Below are positions 1-9,995 of a stretch of DNA of 64,000 nucleotides, in pieces (within the stretch, counting starts at the first letter, position 1; each line of letters starts with the position of its first letter). The DNA is from Thecamonas trahens ATCC 50062 (Eukaryota; Protista; Apusomonadida): positions 1-64,000 of the forward strand of contig NW_013657650.1 in NCBI RefSeq assembly GCF_000142905.1. Reading direction: 5' to 3'. Made by a program: the position numbers and the translations under genes. The notes beneath the pieces are model-generated. The model saw only the letters and a program-made list of their open reading frames with translations. It searched no databases and had not been told where the DNA came from.

Positions 1-183
1 CCCTAACCCTAACCCTAACCCTAACCCTAACCCTAACCCTAACCCTAAACCTACCTACCTACCTACCTACCTACCTACCTACCTACCTACCTAACCCTAA
101 CCCTAACCCTAACCCTAACCCTAACCCTAACCCTAACCCTAACCCTAACCCTAACCCTAACCCTAACCCTAACCCTAACCCTA
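1..183. repeat. Telomeric repeat (CCCTAA)n, i.e. TTAGGG, interrupted by an (ACCT)11 tract at 49-92
   Basis: Directly visible: 8 CCCTAA units, an ACCT array, then about 14 CCCTAA units at the sequence start, with the C-rich strand at the 5' end as expected for a left chromosome end. Confidence 0.97.
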
Positions 184-226
184 GCTGATGCCTCGTCAAC
201 CCTAGCTGATGCTTCATCAAGCCTAG
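179..226. repeat. Telomere-adjacent 21-bp tandem repeat (ccctagctgatgcytcrtcaa x2, plus a partial third copy)
   Basis: Two near-identical 21-mers, each beginning with a degenerate telomere unit CCCTAG. Confidence 0.8.
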
Positions 227-1211
227 CCCCACTTCACTGCTTCCCACCCACCACCACTCACTCCACTTGCCACTCACTGCCCCCTTGCCACCCCTACCCA
301 TCCCATGCATGACCCATATCCACATTCCCACCCACCCCACCATACTCATTCTCCACCCCACCATGCGCATGGCTGTGCACGGGCGTGAATTGAGTCTTTG
401 ATGCTGATTCACTATCCCCATCCCCCATTGACACTTGCCCGTGTCACTTGTTCGGCCGAGTCGCATGTGCGGGTTGGTGGGTGACATGAATGTCATTCAA
501 CATTTTCATGATTCGCCACTCGTCGCTCGTTCGATTGTTTGACATTCAATTGATTGTTGTTGATCATTGTGAATTGATTATTCGACCCTTCCTGTTTCTC
601 TTGTTGCTGGCTGGCCATGTTCTTTGTTCGTTGCCGTTCATGGTTTCATATGCTTTGAGGTTGCTATTGTCTGCCTTCATGTTCTGCTCAGGTTGCTTTT
701 GCTTTGATGCTTGACCACAATCGACATGCATTCCTATTCATCATTCTTTTGGCTCTTGTTGTTGCTTTTTATCATCATTCTTCATGCTTCATTTGTTCTT
801 GAGTCTCCTGTATTCTTCGGCCTTGACTTCCACATCCATGATCGATCGTTGCTCACTATACTATCGATTCTCAACTTTGTTGTCGTTGGCTATGGTCAAT
901 AGTTTTGCATTTTATGTATTTTGTTTTGACCTTGTTGTGTCGTGGTCATGGTTGATCTGCAGATCTGATCGATCAACCGCGATTTGCCTCATCGACCTAA
1001 ACGTCACCCGAGTTCATCCCATTGCCTGCTAGCTTTGTCCAGTCCCTGTTGGCGTACTCATACGTGTGCTGTGCAAGCCATGTATGATCTTTGGTTGTTG
1101 TTGTGGACGTCATTGCCTTGTTTGATGCTGGTTCCGGCTTTTCTTCAATTATTTCAACGTTCAACTCAATTAACGTCCGCCGCCTTCCCTCTGCCGGCCA
1201 AGTACCCGCCG

Positions 1212-1480
1212 CTCCTATCGCCCACACCCCACACCCAGCCTTCATCCTCACCATACCCACCCACATCAATCCCTCACCCCAATCTCCATACCCACCTCCC
1301 CCTCCACCTGCCACGCCATCCACGTCACGACCCCCCTCATCCCCCCTACCATACTCATTACGCCCCATCACCACCAACCACCACCCTCACCCCCTACTCC
1401 ACCATCATTACCTACATTCTAGCCATAACCACCACCCCCATGTCATGGCCATGCCCACCACCATCCCATCGCGCACTCGG
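1212..1480. repeat. Subtelomeric diverged direct repeat, copy 1 (copy 2 at about 2670-2930)
   Basis: Shared blocks such as cacgtcacgaccccccctcatcccccctaccatactcattacg, ctcaccccctactccacca and cccaccaccatcccatcg occur in the same order in both places. Confidence 0.85.
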
Positions 1481-2669
1481 CTTCCTCCTCCTCCTCCTCA
1501 TCCTCCTCGTCTTCCCGCTCTACGTCACCTCCATCCTCATCCCCGTCCCCGACACCCACACTTCTCAACCATCACATGCCAGACTGCCCATCCTCTGACC
1601 AACAGTAACTTTTAGCCACCCAGTCCCGACCCAGCTCCTTCAGCTGCTCCGCCTCGCCGACCACCAGCCGCCAGCCGCCGCCCGCTCGCCCGATCAGGCC
1701 GACCCTCATCACCACCTAGCTCCCACCCACCACCAGCTACACAACCCGCGACCACACCCAAGGTTTTCACTCGCCATGCGCTAGCACCAGTATCAATACC
1801 GTCGTCATCGACACCCATCTTCCTCGGCTCATTTCCGCGTCGGCTTGTTTTGCCTAGGTGGTTGAGCACGTCCTCGACCGCTCAACCCCGCACATGCCCC
1901 CCACCAGCCGCATTACAAGATATGCCAAATCGAATTTCACTACTACTCTTCTACACGCCCACAATACACCCTTGCATAGTCTCCAATCCACAGTTGCAGT
2001 ATTCCAGAATCCGAGTTCTGCCGGCTCAGGCCCAAGTTGTTGGCCCTGTGTCCCTTCGATGCTGCTGACCACCCCGCCCCGGGCCCATCTCCGACCTCCA
2101 CTCCCCACCATCTCCACCCACAACCACCACACCCACACCACACGTACTCACCACCCCTGCAAACATAGCCACTCACTCCCTGCCCGCCGATACGCATATC
2201 AGCCGACGCCATCCCGTCAACAGCATCGCTGCTGACCGCCGGCTGCTCGCCGCTGACCGCCGCCCGCCGCCGACCGACCACCGCCGGCACCACCGAGAGC
2301 AGGCTAGCCATCGACAGGACATTGAAAACAATACAAAGAGATAGCCACATTTTTGGCAATGCCTATCAGTCTGCCCTCCAACCCACTGCTCCCCTCCCTT
2401 CTCCGGCCTTGCCCATCACAGCCCGCGCCGGCCTGCCCATCGCCAGCCGCCCCTGCCGCCGATCACCGAGCCAGACGACGAAGCCAGTGGGCTGGCCAGG
2501 ACGAGGAAGAACAAGAGAGGGGAAGGGTAAGCGATACCCAATGCAGTGACGGGCTAGAGTGCAGTGGTTTGCCTCCTTTCTTCTCCAATTCCAAGCCATC
2601 GTCCCCATCGACGTCCATCTCAATCCAATCCATCCCGCCCTCCTCTCCTCGCCGCCCAAGCCCCTCCAC

Positions 2670-2930
2670 TCTCATCGCCCACACTCCACACATGCCCACC
2701 ATTCTCATCTTACCCACCCACATCAATCCTCAAGCCCATTCTCCATACCCGCTCTCCCTCCGCCCGCCGCACCTCCCACGTCACGACCCCCCTCATCCCC
2801 CCTACCATACTCATTACGTCCGATCCCCGCCAACCACCACACTCACCCCCTACTCCACCATTATCACCATCATCCCAACCACAACTCCCATGCCCATGCC
2901 ATGCGCACGCCCACCACCATCCCATCGTGC
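2670..2930. repeat. Subtelomeric diverged direct repeat, copy 2
   Basis: Colinear with 1212-1480, with substitutions and indels. Confidence 0.85.
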
Positions 2931-3329
2931 ACACCGCATACTATCGCGCCTGCCACAGCCTCGCGCTTGCCCGCACACTCCTTCCTTGCCACCTCCATCC
3001 GCCGCCTCTGGCCAGCCACTTCAGTCACTGCCAGCCCATGCACCTCCACCGACACAACATTGACACCTGCTATGTCCATTGTCTTCTGTCTTCTGTCTAC
3101 AGAGTCGAGTGTGCCACCAAACATACACTCTCTCGTACTCACTCTCGTTGCCTTCCATCGAAACTCGCGCCACAGTTGCCCTCTCCCCTCCCTCTCTCCC
3201 GCCACGCTACCTCTTCTCTCTCTCTCTCTCTCTGTCTCTCTCCCTTTGCCATGCCCGGGTTCATCCCACATCCGAGCCACTAGCTCCCTCTTCTCCTCCC
3301 ACACCGCCTCCGTCAACCCCTCCGTCTTA

Positions 3330-4784
3330 TGCTCATGTCTTTACTGCGGTCTTTGACGAGCACCTCGGCAACACCCTCTCGTCGTCGCACCCGCCCTCGA
3401 CGCCGACGACGACCTCGGCCTCGAGTTCAAGGCTCTCCCCGCCGGCTCACACACCGTCTCCTCGGACATTGTATACTTCTCCATCCCGCCCTCGCTTACA
3501 TCTCCCTCTACCCGCTACGGTGCAGCGGCCTATGCTCGTCGCGAGCACCCGCTGGTCCCTCGCGGCGCTGTCACCGCTGCCGTCGGCGTCATCGCTCCAT
3601 CCTACGCCCGCCTGCATCTCTTCCTCCCCTTCCTTGTCTCGTCGGTCCAGTACCACATCGATGCTCTACTGGCAGTTGCTCTTGCCAAGGTGAGCAGTCC
3701 GTCGCCGCCACAGGAGCTTGCACAACCCGCGCTACTGGATGAGCCGGCTTCAGCTGCCCCGGCTCCGCTCATCGATTTCGAGCCAGCCGAGCCGGGCGCA
3801 CCAGCCGCTTCCGCTAAGGCCGCGGGCAAGGCTAATGCCGAGGACGACTCGAACTCGGTCTCGTCAGCGATCTCCGAAGACACGCCGCCAATGGATGCGC
3901 GGCCCACGCCGGCTGCCACGCTTGCCAGCCACCAGGGCGAAGCGCTTGCCGCACAGCTCGAGGCCTACCTGGCCACTCTCCTTGTCGACAACGCTGACGA
4001 CGCCGCAGATGGGGATGAGGGGGCCTCATCGTCGCTCCAGCCCATTTCTGACCCGCTTGGCCCTCTCGTCTCGCAGCAGGACCAACTGACGGCTGTCAAC
4101 CCAGTGGCTCGCTTTGAGAACTTTGTCCGCTACTTTGGCCCCTCCATCTTTGTCCTGTGGAAAGCCATGCTCCTTAAGAAGCGCATTCTGTTCTTTTCAC
4201 GGCCACCCATCGAAGTTGTCTGCTTCCGAGTCTTCTTTGCCTGCCTCCTCGCCCATCACGACATTCCCATGGTCTTTGACATGGCGCTCAATCCGCTCTT
4301 CTACGTCTCGGTCGCTGACATTGACCAGCTTGAGCAGTACGCCGCCGACCGCACTCCGTTTGTCGCCTGTACCACCGAAGCCATCTTTGCCGAGAAGCCG
4401 GCCCTTTACGACGTTTACGTCAACAATCAGACTGTTGTGCTCGCCAATCCCGACACCGATGCAAAGGCCCTTGCCCTCACCCACGCTGACCGCGCCCGCT
4501 ACCGCTATCTGGTCCGCGCATCCAACTCGGGCGAGCTGGGCTCCATGACAGACTTTGTTCGTCGCACCAACAACACACTCCTGCGTGACCTCAATGAGCT
4601 GGCCACAAACCGCCGCGGCGCCGCTGAGCGTGCTGCTCTCCACGCCTCGCTCTTCCCCGACGAGCTCTCGCTCTCGCCTCAGGACGCGCCGTTCGTGCGC
4701 GCCTTTTGCGCTCTGCACGACATTGACATCGACGTCATCGGCAAGGCCGGTCTGCGCTGCTGCGGTACGCTCTTTGGCCGCTAG
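3330..4784 (+). CDS. DENND11: DENN-domain protein of the DENND11/LCHN family (putative Rab GEF); apparent 1-nt frameshift near 3395; start uncertain
   Basis: VFTAVFDEHLGNTL lies in one frame. LEFKALPAGSHTVSSDIVYF, RGAVTAAVGVIAPSY, FGPSIFVLWKAMLLKKRILFFSRPP, PLFYVSVADI and FVACTTEAIF lie in the frame of ORF 3690-4784. These match LCHN-family motifs. Confidence 0.8.
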
Positions 4785-4788
4785 ACTT

Positions 4789-5385
4789 TCACATCCATGC
4801 CGTCCGCCACGCCACCAGCGCCTGCATCCCGCCCGCCATCTGTGCCAGCAGCGCGAGGCTCCACGAGAAGAACAGCGCGTTCGAGACCACAAACGACGCG
4901 TACATGTACACAAACACCGGGAAGCAGCCAGCCGCAAAGAGCCATACCGCAAAGTAAAGCGCAAACACAGATGCTTCAGGCCCTGTCTGGGGCGTCTCTG
5001 AGAGCGCCCGGACCACATCGTGCAGCCCGATGAGCAACGGCGCGTACATGTACGGGAACAGGAGGAGGTAGCCGGCCGTCCAGTCGCGCCACTCGCGGTA
5101 CATCTCAGGATGATCGTACTCATCCGCAAGACCTGGCGCAAGCCACGAGCTCATGTTCGCCGCCACAAATCCAACACACATCATTGCCGAGCCCACAACC
5201 ATCACATCGCTCCACACCGAGGTCAGCGCCTCGCCGCCACCCGCTACCACCAGCGGCTGCCGCCGCACCCACGCCGCGCCCAACCCCGCCACCACTCCGC
5301 CAAACGCAAACAAGCTCGCCGGCACATGCTCCAGCATGCGACCCATGCGCCCCTTGCCACGCTTGCCCGTATTTCCCTTCGCCAT
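4789..5385 (-). CDS. Hypothetical multi-pass membrane protein (198 aa)
   Basis: ATG-started ORF with about 5 hydrophobic segments, convergent with DENND11. Confidence 0.55.
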   Translation of the reverse strand: MAKGNTGKRGKGRMGRMLEHVPASLFAFGGVVAGLGAAWVRRQPLVVAGGGEALTSVWSDVMVVGSAMMCVGFVAANMSSWLAPGLADEYDHPEMYREWRDWTAGYLLLFPYMYAPLLIGLHDVVRALSETPQTGPEASVFALYFAVWLFAAGCFPVFVYMYASFVVSNALFFSWSLALLAQMAGGMQALVAWRTAWM

Positions 5386-5579
5386 GCCTGGGCTACAGTT
5401 GAGTATGACGACGGAGGCTGTCCCAACCCGCCCTTACCCTCCCGGCTGCACCCGAGTCGCCAGCCACTTGCGCGTTCGCCGCTGGCTTGTGCCCCTGCCC
5501 TGCCCTCCTCCCCTCCCCCCACAACTCACCCGTCACCACTTCACCGCAGTCTTTCTCCGGAACTCTCCACGCCACACAC

Positions 5580-6895
5580 ATGGTGGGTACGTATTCTTTT
5601 GCGAGTTGGGCTCACTGGTGGCGCTGTCATGCGGCTTGTCAAGCGAGTAGGGGGAGAAGGGGGTAGGGGGGGAGGGGGGGGGGGCATGGGAAAGTGATCG
5701 ACGGCAGCTACGTACCGCACATGGGACATGACGCTCCACTCACACGCCATGGTACACGGGGTGGACTCGGACTCGACTAGGCGTGGGCACGATTGCCCGG
5801 ACCTTTGCAGATGTGTGCATCAAGCGGCCGCGGTCGTTCTACACCTACGAGAAGATCACCATCGAGTGGGGCGACGTGGAGAACTATGAGGCAGTTCGGA
5901 AGATCGGGCGCGGCAAGTACTCAGAGGTCTTTCTCGGCCGCAACGTGGTCAACGGGCGCAAGGTCGTGATTAAGGTCCTCAAGCCGGTCAAGACTAAGAA
6001 AATCAAGCGCGAGATCTCCATTCTCCAGTCGCTTCACGGTGGCGTCAACATCATCAAGCTCTACGACGTCGTCCGCGATCCGACAACCGGCACGCCCGCC
6101 CTCATTTTCGAGGCGGTCGACAACACCGACTTTAAGGTTCTCTACCCGCAGCTCACCGATCTTGACGCTCGCTACTACCTGTACCAGCTCCTGCGCGCCC
6201 TTCACTTTGCCCACTCGGAGGGCATCATCCACCGCGACGTCAAGCCGCAGAATATCATGATCGACCATGCCCAGCGCAAGCTGCGCCTCATCGACTGGGG
6301 CCTGGCCGAGTACTACCTTCCGGGCTTTTGCTTCAACGTCCGCGTTGCCTCGCGCTTCTTCAAGTCGATCGAGCTCCTGGTCGGCCACCAGGACTACGGT
6401 GCGCCCATCGACCTCTGGGCCGTCGGCTGCGTCATGGGCGGCCTCATCTTTCTCCGCGAGCCACTCTTCCGAGGCGCGGACAATCAGGACCAACTGCTCA
6501 AAATCGTTCAGGTCCTAGGCACAGACGGCCTCTACGAGTATGTCGACAAGTACGGCCTCGAGCTCGATGCGTGGTACGTCAACAAGCTCCGCCCCACTCC
6601 CAAGCGCCCCTGGTCCAAGTTTGTCAACTCGGACAACCGCCACTTTTACTCCGACGAGGCCATTGATCTCCTCGACTCGCTCCTCTACTATGATCCGGTC
6701 ATGCGGCCCACAGCCGCCGAGGCCATGGCCCACCCGTACTTTGATCCCGTTCGCGACGCTATCGAGGCCGAAGCCGCTGCCGAAACCGCCGCAGTTTCGG
6801 AGCCGGCCTCCTCCTCGTCCTCTTCTGCTCCGCCGCCGTCTGCCGCCGCAGTCTCGGCATCCTCTGTCGTCATTCCCATGCAGGACTCATCATGA
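5580..6895 (+). CDS. CKA: Casein kinase II alpha-like kinase, divergent; predicted exons 5580-5586 and 5781-6895
   Basis: [37 protein letters not shown] and NVRVASR are CK2-alpha signatures. A predicted GTACGT...CTAG intron (5587-5780) gives MVGVGTIAR in frame. Confidence 0.92.
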
Positions 6896-7031
6896 GTCCA
6901 GGAGACGCAGCCTTGTCGGCCTCCCTCTCGATCCCCGTCGACCGCTCCCGCCCGCGCCCATGTCGCTGCCTCTCCATTGAAGCCCCTTGGCCTCCCAATA
7001 CGCGCATCCTTCTCACACTTCACCCCTTTCC

Positions 7032-7982
7032 ATGACCACCCCGCACCCATTCAAGCCCCCGCCTGCGTACGGGTGGCGTGCCGACCCGGCCAAGCACCAG
7101 CACGAGCTGCATACCCCCCGTGCTGTCGTCCGCCCGCGGCCCAACCCGCGTCTCGTCCGCCTCTCCCGTCCGCGGCCCGAGCCGTACGCCCACGCCCGCA
7201 CCCATGCTCAGCCGCCGGAAGGGCAGCCATTGCGGACTCCGACCCCGCATCCAGCCTCGGAGTGGGCTGCTTCCCTCGCCGAGTACACCAGCGCCAAACG
7301 CGCCCCGCCACCGCCGCCTGCCCCACACTTTGCGCCCTACGCTGTTGCCCAGCCAACGTCCGACCCTGTCCCGCGTCGCCTGCCACGCTCGCGCAACATC
7401 AACGCTCATGCCCACGCCGATTCATCCTTCAACACCATCACTGGTCACTACGCCACCCCCGCCCAGGAGGCCCGTCTCCGCGCTGAGCAGGACCGGTCTC
7501 GCGCTGCTCTCCAGGCTGCCCGCGCCAAGTCGCAGCGCTCCTCCGCCACAGCCTCTGGCTACGATCTCCTCTCCAACAAGCCGCTGCAGGACCCGCTTCT
7601 TCGCAGGCTGGGCCACTCGCCATCGCTCGAAGCCCGCGCTCATGTCTCAGCCCTCCGCGATCCGCCCGCAGCTCGCACTCTCCATGGCGCCGGCCGCAAG
7701 GCTCGTGCCCCGTCCTCGGCCGCCCAATCGCGCTACGCCTTTGACGTCCTCACCGGACGTCCGCTTCGCGCCCCGCCCGGCCCCATCACCACCTCTAGCG
7801 ACCAAGACTACCGTCCGCAGCTCAAGCCGGTCCCGGCGCCGCCGCGCAGGCCGGATCGCTCTCGAATCCACGGCGTCGCCCGTATGGCCCGCGGCGCGTG
7901 TGCCCCTCCGCCTGCCCAGTACAACATCTTTTCGGGCGCCGACTTTGACCCACCCTCGCGCTTCCGTCCCCATCGCACCTAG
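7032..7982 (+). CDS. Hypothetical basic, Pro-rich protein with recurring [YF][ND]xx[ST][GN] motifs
   Basis: ORF 6987-7982 with GC-rich third codon positions; motifs FNTITG, YDLLSN, FDVLTG, YNIFSG. Confidence 0.5.
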   Translation: MTTPHPFKPPPAYGWRADPAKHQHELHTPRAVVRPRPNPRLVRLSRPRPEPYAHARTHAQPPEGQPLRTPTPHPASEWAASLAEYTSAKRAPPPPPAPHFAPYAVAQPTSDPVPRRLPRSRNINAHAHADSSFNTITGHYATPAQEARLRAEQDRSRAALQAARAKSQRSSATASGYDLLSNKPLQDPLLRRLGHSPSLEARAHVSALRDPPAARTLHGAGRKARAPSSAAQSRYAFDVLTGRPLRAPPGPITTSSDQDYRPQLKPVPAPPRRPDRSRIHGVARMARGACAPPPAQYNIFSGADFDPPSRFRPHRT

Positions 7983-8172
7983 CACCTGCAACCACTCCTT
8001 GCCGTGCCCGCGCCCAATCACACCCTTCATCACCCGCATGGACACCGCCAGCGGTACCACAAGTAACATCTCCTTTCCATCCCACTTGACCAGCGCCCGT
8101 GGCCATGCCACGCTAGCCGATCCGTTGCCAGCCTCCACCGGCGTGCCCCGCGTCACTCCACTCCAACGCGTC

Positions 8173-9963
8173 ATGCTCACCCTCATCGGCCGCGTCACAG
8201 CGCGACATGTGCCGACTCTAGGCGCACAAGCCCGAAGCGTAGCAAGTCAGGCTTCGTCTCGTGGATCAGCAGCAAGTGGAAAGCTTTCGGTAAAGGCCAA
8301 GCTGGCGCTGGGCGTTGTAGCGGTAGGTGGTGCCGGGGCGGCCGGTGTGGCGTGGCAGGCCCAGCACGACGAGGGCATGCAGCGCTCGCTCTACTTTTGG
8401 CGCAACGCGTTTCCGATTTATCTCCACTACCGCTTCACCATGTGGCGAGTCGCAGACGATCCCGAAAACGTGCAGGATGCCGCCTTTGAGGAGCTCCACG
8501 AGCGGTATGCCGAGCGGGCTCGCGACATTATCCTCGCTCTCCGTGGCTTCTACATCAAGATCGGCCAGGTCGGCGCCACACGCGCCGACATGGTCCCGCC
8601 GCAGTACATGAACGCGCTCTCCATTCTCCAGGATGACGTCCCGCCACTTTCGTTCGACACCATCCGCGACATTGTCGAGCGCGAGCTCGGCGCGCCGCTC
8701 GACACTGTCTTTGCCGACTTTGAGCCGCGCCCGCTCGGCGCCGCCTCCATCGGCCAGGTCCACAAGGCCGTGCTCCGTGACTCGGGCAAGCCTGTCGTTG
8801 TCAAAGTCCAGTATCCCAAGGTCGAAGGCCTGTTCCGCTCGGACGTGGCCACCATCCGTGCCTTTTGCGAGCTCGCACAGCCGGCGCACGTCCCAATGCT
8901 CGACGAAATCGAGAAGCAGTTCCTCACCGAGTTTGACTACGTCGGCGAGGCCGAGCACCTCGTCGAGATTGCCGACAATCTCGCCGCCTCGCCGTACGCC
9001 CGGAAAGTGATCGTCCCACGACCGGTGCTCAACCTCTGCACCCGCGCCGTGCTCGTCATGGACTACATCGAGGGCCCGAAGCTTCATGTCGGCCTGCAGG
9101 CCTACTTTGAAAAGGTGGCTGCCGCCAAGGGTATGACCGTCGAGCAGCTCCGCTCCCAGCAAGTCCGCAAGTCCGAGGCTGCTGAAGCCAAGGCTTCGAC
9201 CGCACGCCACATTGCTGTCCAGGCCGGTATCTACGCACAGAGCCTCGCGTCGAACGTCGCCCGCGGCACCTACAACTGGACCCTCGGTTGGATCTTTGGC
9301 GCAGTCGACTATGTCGAGCCGCTCGAGCTCCTCGACGTCGACGCAATCATGGAGACCCTCGTCCATGTCCACGGTCACGAGGTGCTCGTCGACGGGGCCT
9401 TTAATGGCGATCCGCACCCGGGCAACATCCTCCTCACTCCGGACGGCCGGCTCGGCCTTGTCGACTTTGGCCAGGTCAAGCACATTTCACATCACGAGCG
9501 GCTGCTGCTCGCCCAGCTGGTCGTCGCCCTCGCCGACGAGGACGACGCCGCCATTGTCCAGATCATGCGCGAGATGGGCTTCCGCACAAAGTACTCGGAC
9601 GAAGATGTCCTCCGCGCCATCGGCACTGTCTTCTTTGACCGCGACACGCCCGATGTCACCGGCGGTCTCAACATCCAGCTCTTCTTTGAGGAGCTCGACC
9701 GCCGCGATCCGGTCACCGTCATGCCCAACCAGTACATCATGGCCGGCCGTCTTTGCATGCTCCTCCGCGGCCTCGGCTACATGCTCAACATGCCGCTCTC
9801 CATGGCCAAGTCCTGGAGAGCCATCGCTGTCGACGTTCTCCACGAGAACGGCATCATCGTCAACCCAAAGTACCGCGCCCTTGCCGCCCGCAGCGCTGAC
9901 GCCACTGCCTCGGCCAACCCTCCCTCGCTTGTTGCTGCCGCCACGTCGTCCGAGGCCGCGTAA
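8173..9963 (+). CDS. ABC1/UbiB (ADCK/aarF) atypical kinase, probably mitochondrial
   Basis: LRGFYIKIGQ, LQDDVPP, PLGAASIGQVHKA, VVVKVQYP, EFDY, FNGDPHPGN and LVDFGQ are present, with an Arg/Ser-rich presequence and a hydrophobic segment. Confidence 0.92.
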   Translation: MLTLIGRVTARHVPTLGAQARSVASQASSRGSAASGKLSVKAKLALGVVAVGGAGAAGVAWQAQHDEGMQRSLYFWRNAFPIYLHYRFTMWRVADDPENVQDAAFEELHERYAERARDIILALRGFYIKIGQVGATRADMVPPQYMNALSILQDDVPPLSFDTIRDIVERELGAPLDTVFADFEPRPLGAASIGQVHKAVLRDSGKPVVVKVQYPKVEGLFRSDVATIRAFCELAQPAHVPMLDEIEKQFLTEFDYVGEAEHLVEIADNLAASPYARKVIVPRPVLNLCTRAVLVMDYIEGPKLHVGLQAYFEKVAAAKGMTVEQLRSQQVRKSEAAEAKASTARHIAVQAGIYAQSLASNVARGTYNWTLGWIFGAVDYVEPLELLDVDAIMETLVHVHGHEVLVDGAFNGDPHPGNILLTPDGRLGLVDFGQVKHISHHERLLLAQLVVALADEDDAAIVQIMREMGFRTKYSDEDVLRAIGTVFFDRDTPDVTGGLNIQLFFEELDRRDPVTVMPNQYIMAGRLCMLLRGLGYMLNMPLSMAKSWRAIAVDVLHENGIIVNPKYRALAARSADATASANPPSLVAAATSSEAA

Positions 9964-9995
9964 ACCGGTCTCCTGCACACACACACTACGTCTCT

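Noticed and set aside
83-3360. Numerous ORFs in the telomere and subtelomere (LGLGLG, Pro/His-rich, hydrophobic)
   Set aside because: They are translations of telomeric, C-rich or T-rich low-complexity DNA with no domain motifs.
5721-5780. Alternative 29-nt intron for CK2 (5752-5780) with ATG at 5721
   Set aside because: In frame but very short with a weaker donor; the GTACGT donor at 5587 matches other introns better. Not fully excluded.
7078-8172. N-terminal 365 aa of the 961-aa ORF as part of the ABC1 kinase
   Set aside because: It overlaps a better ORF (6987-7982) in another frame, and the kinase has a plausible presequence starting at ATG 8173.
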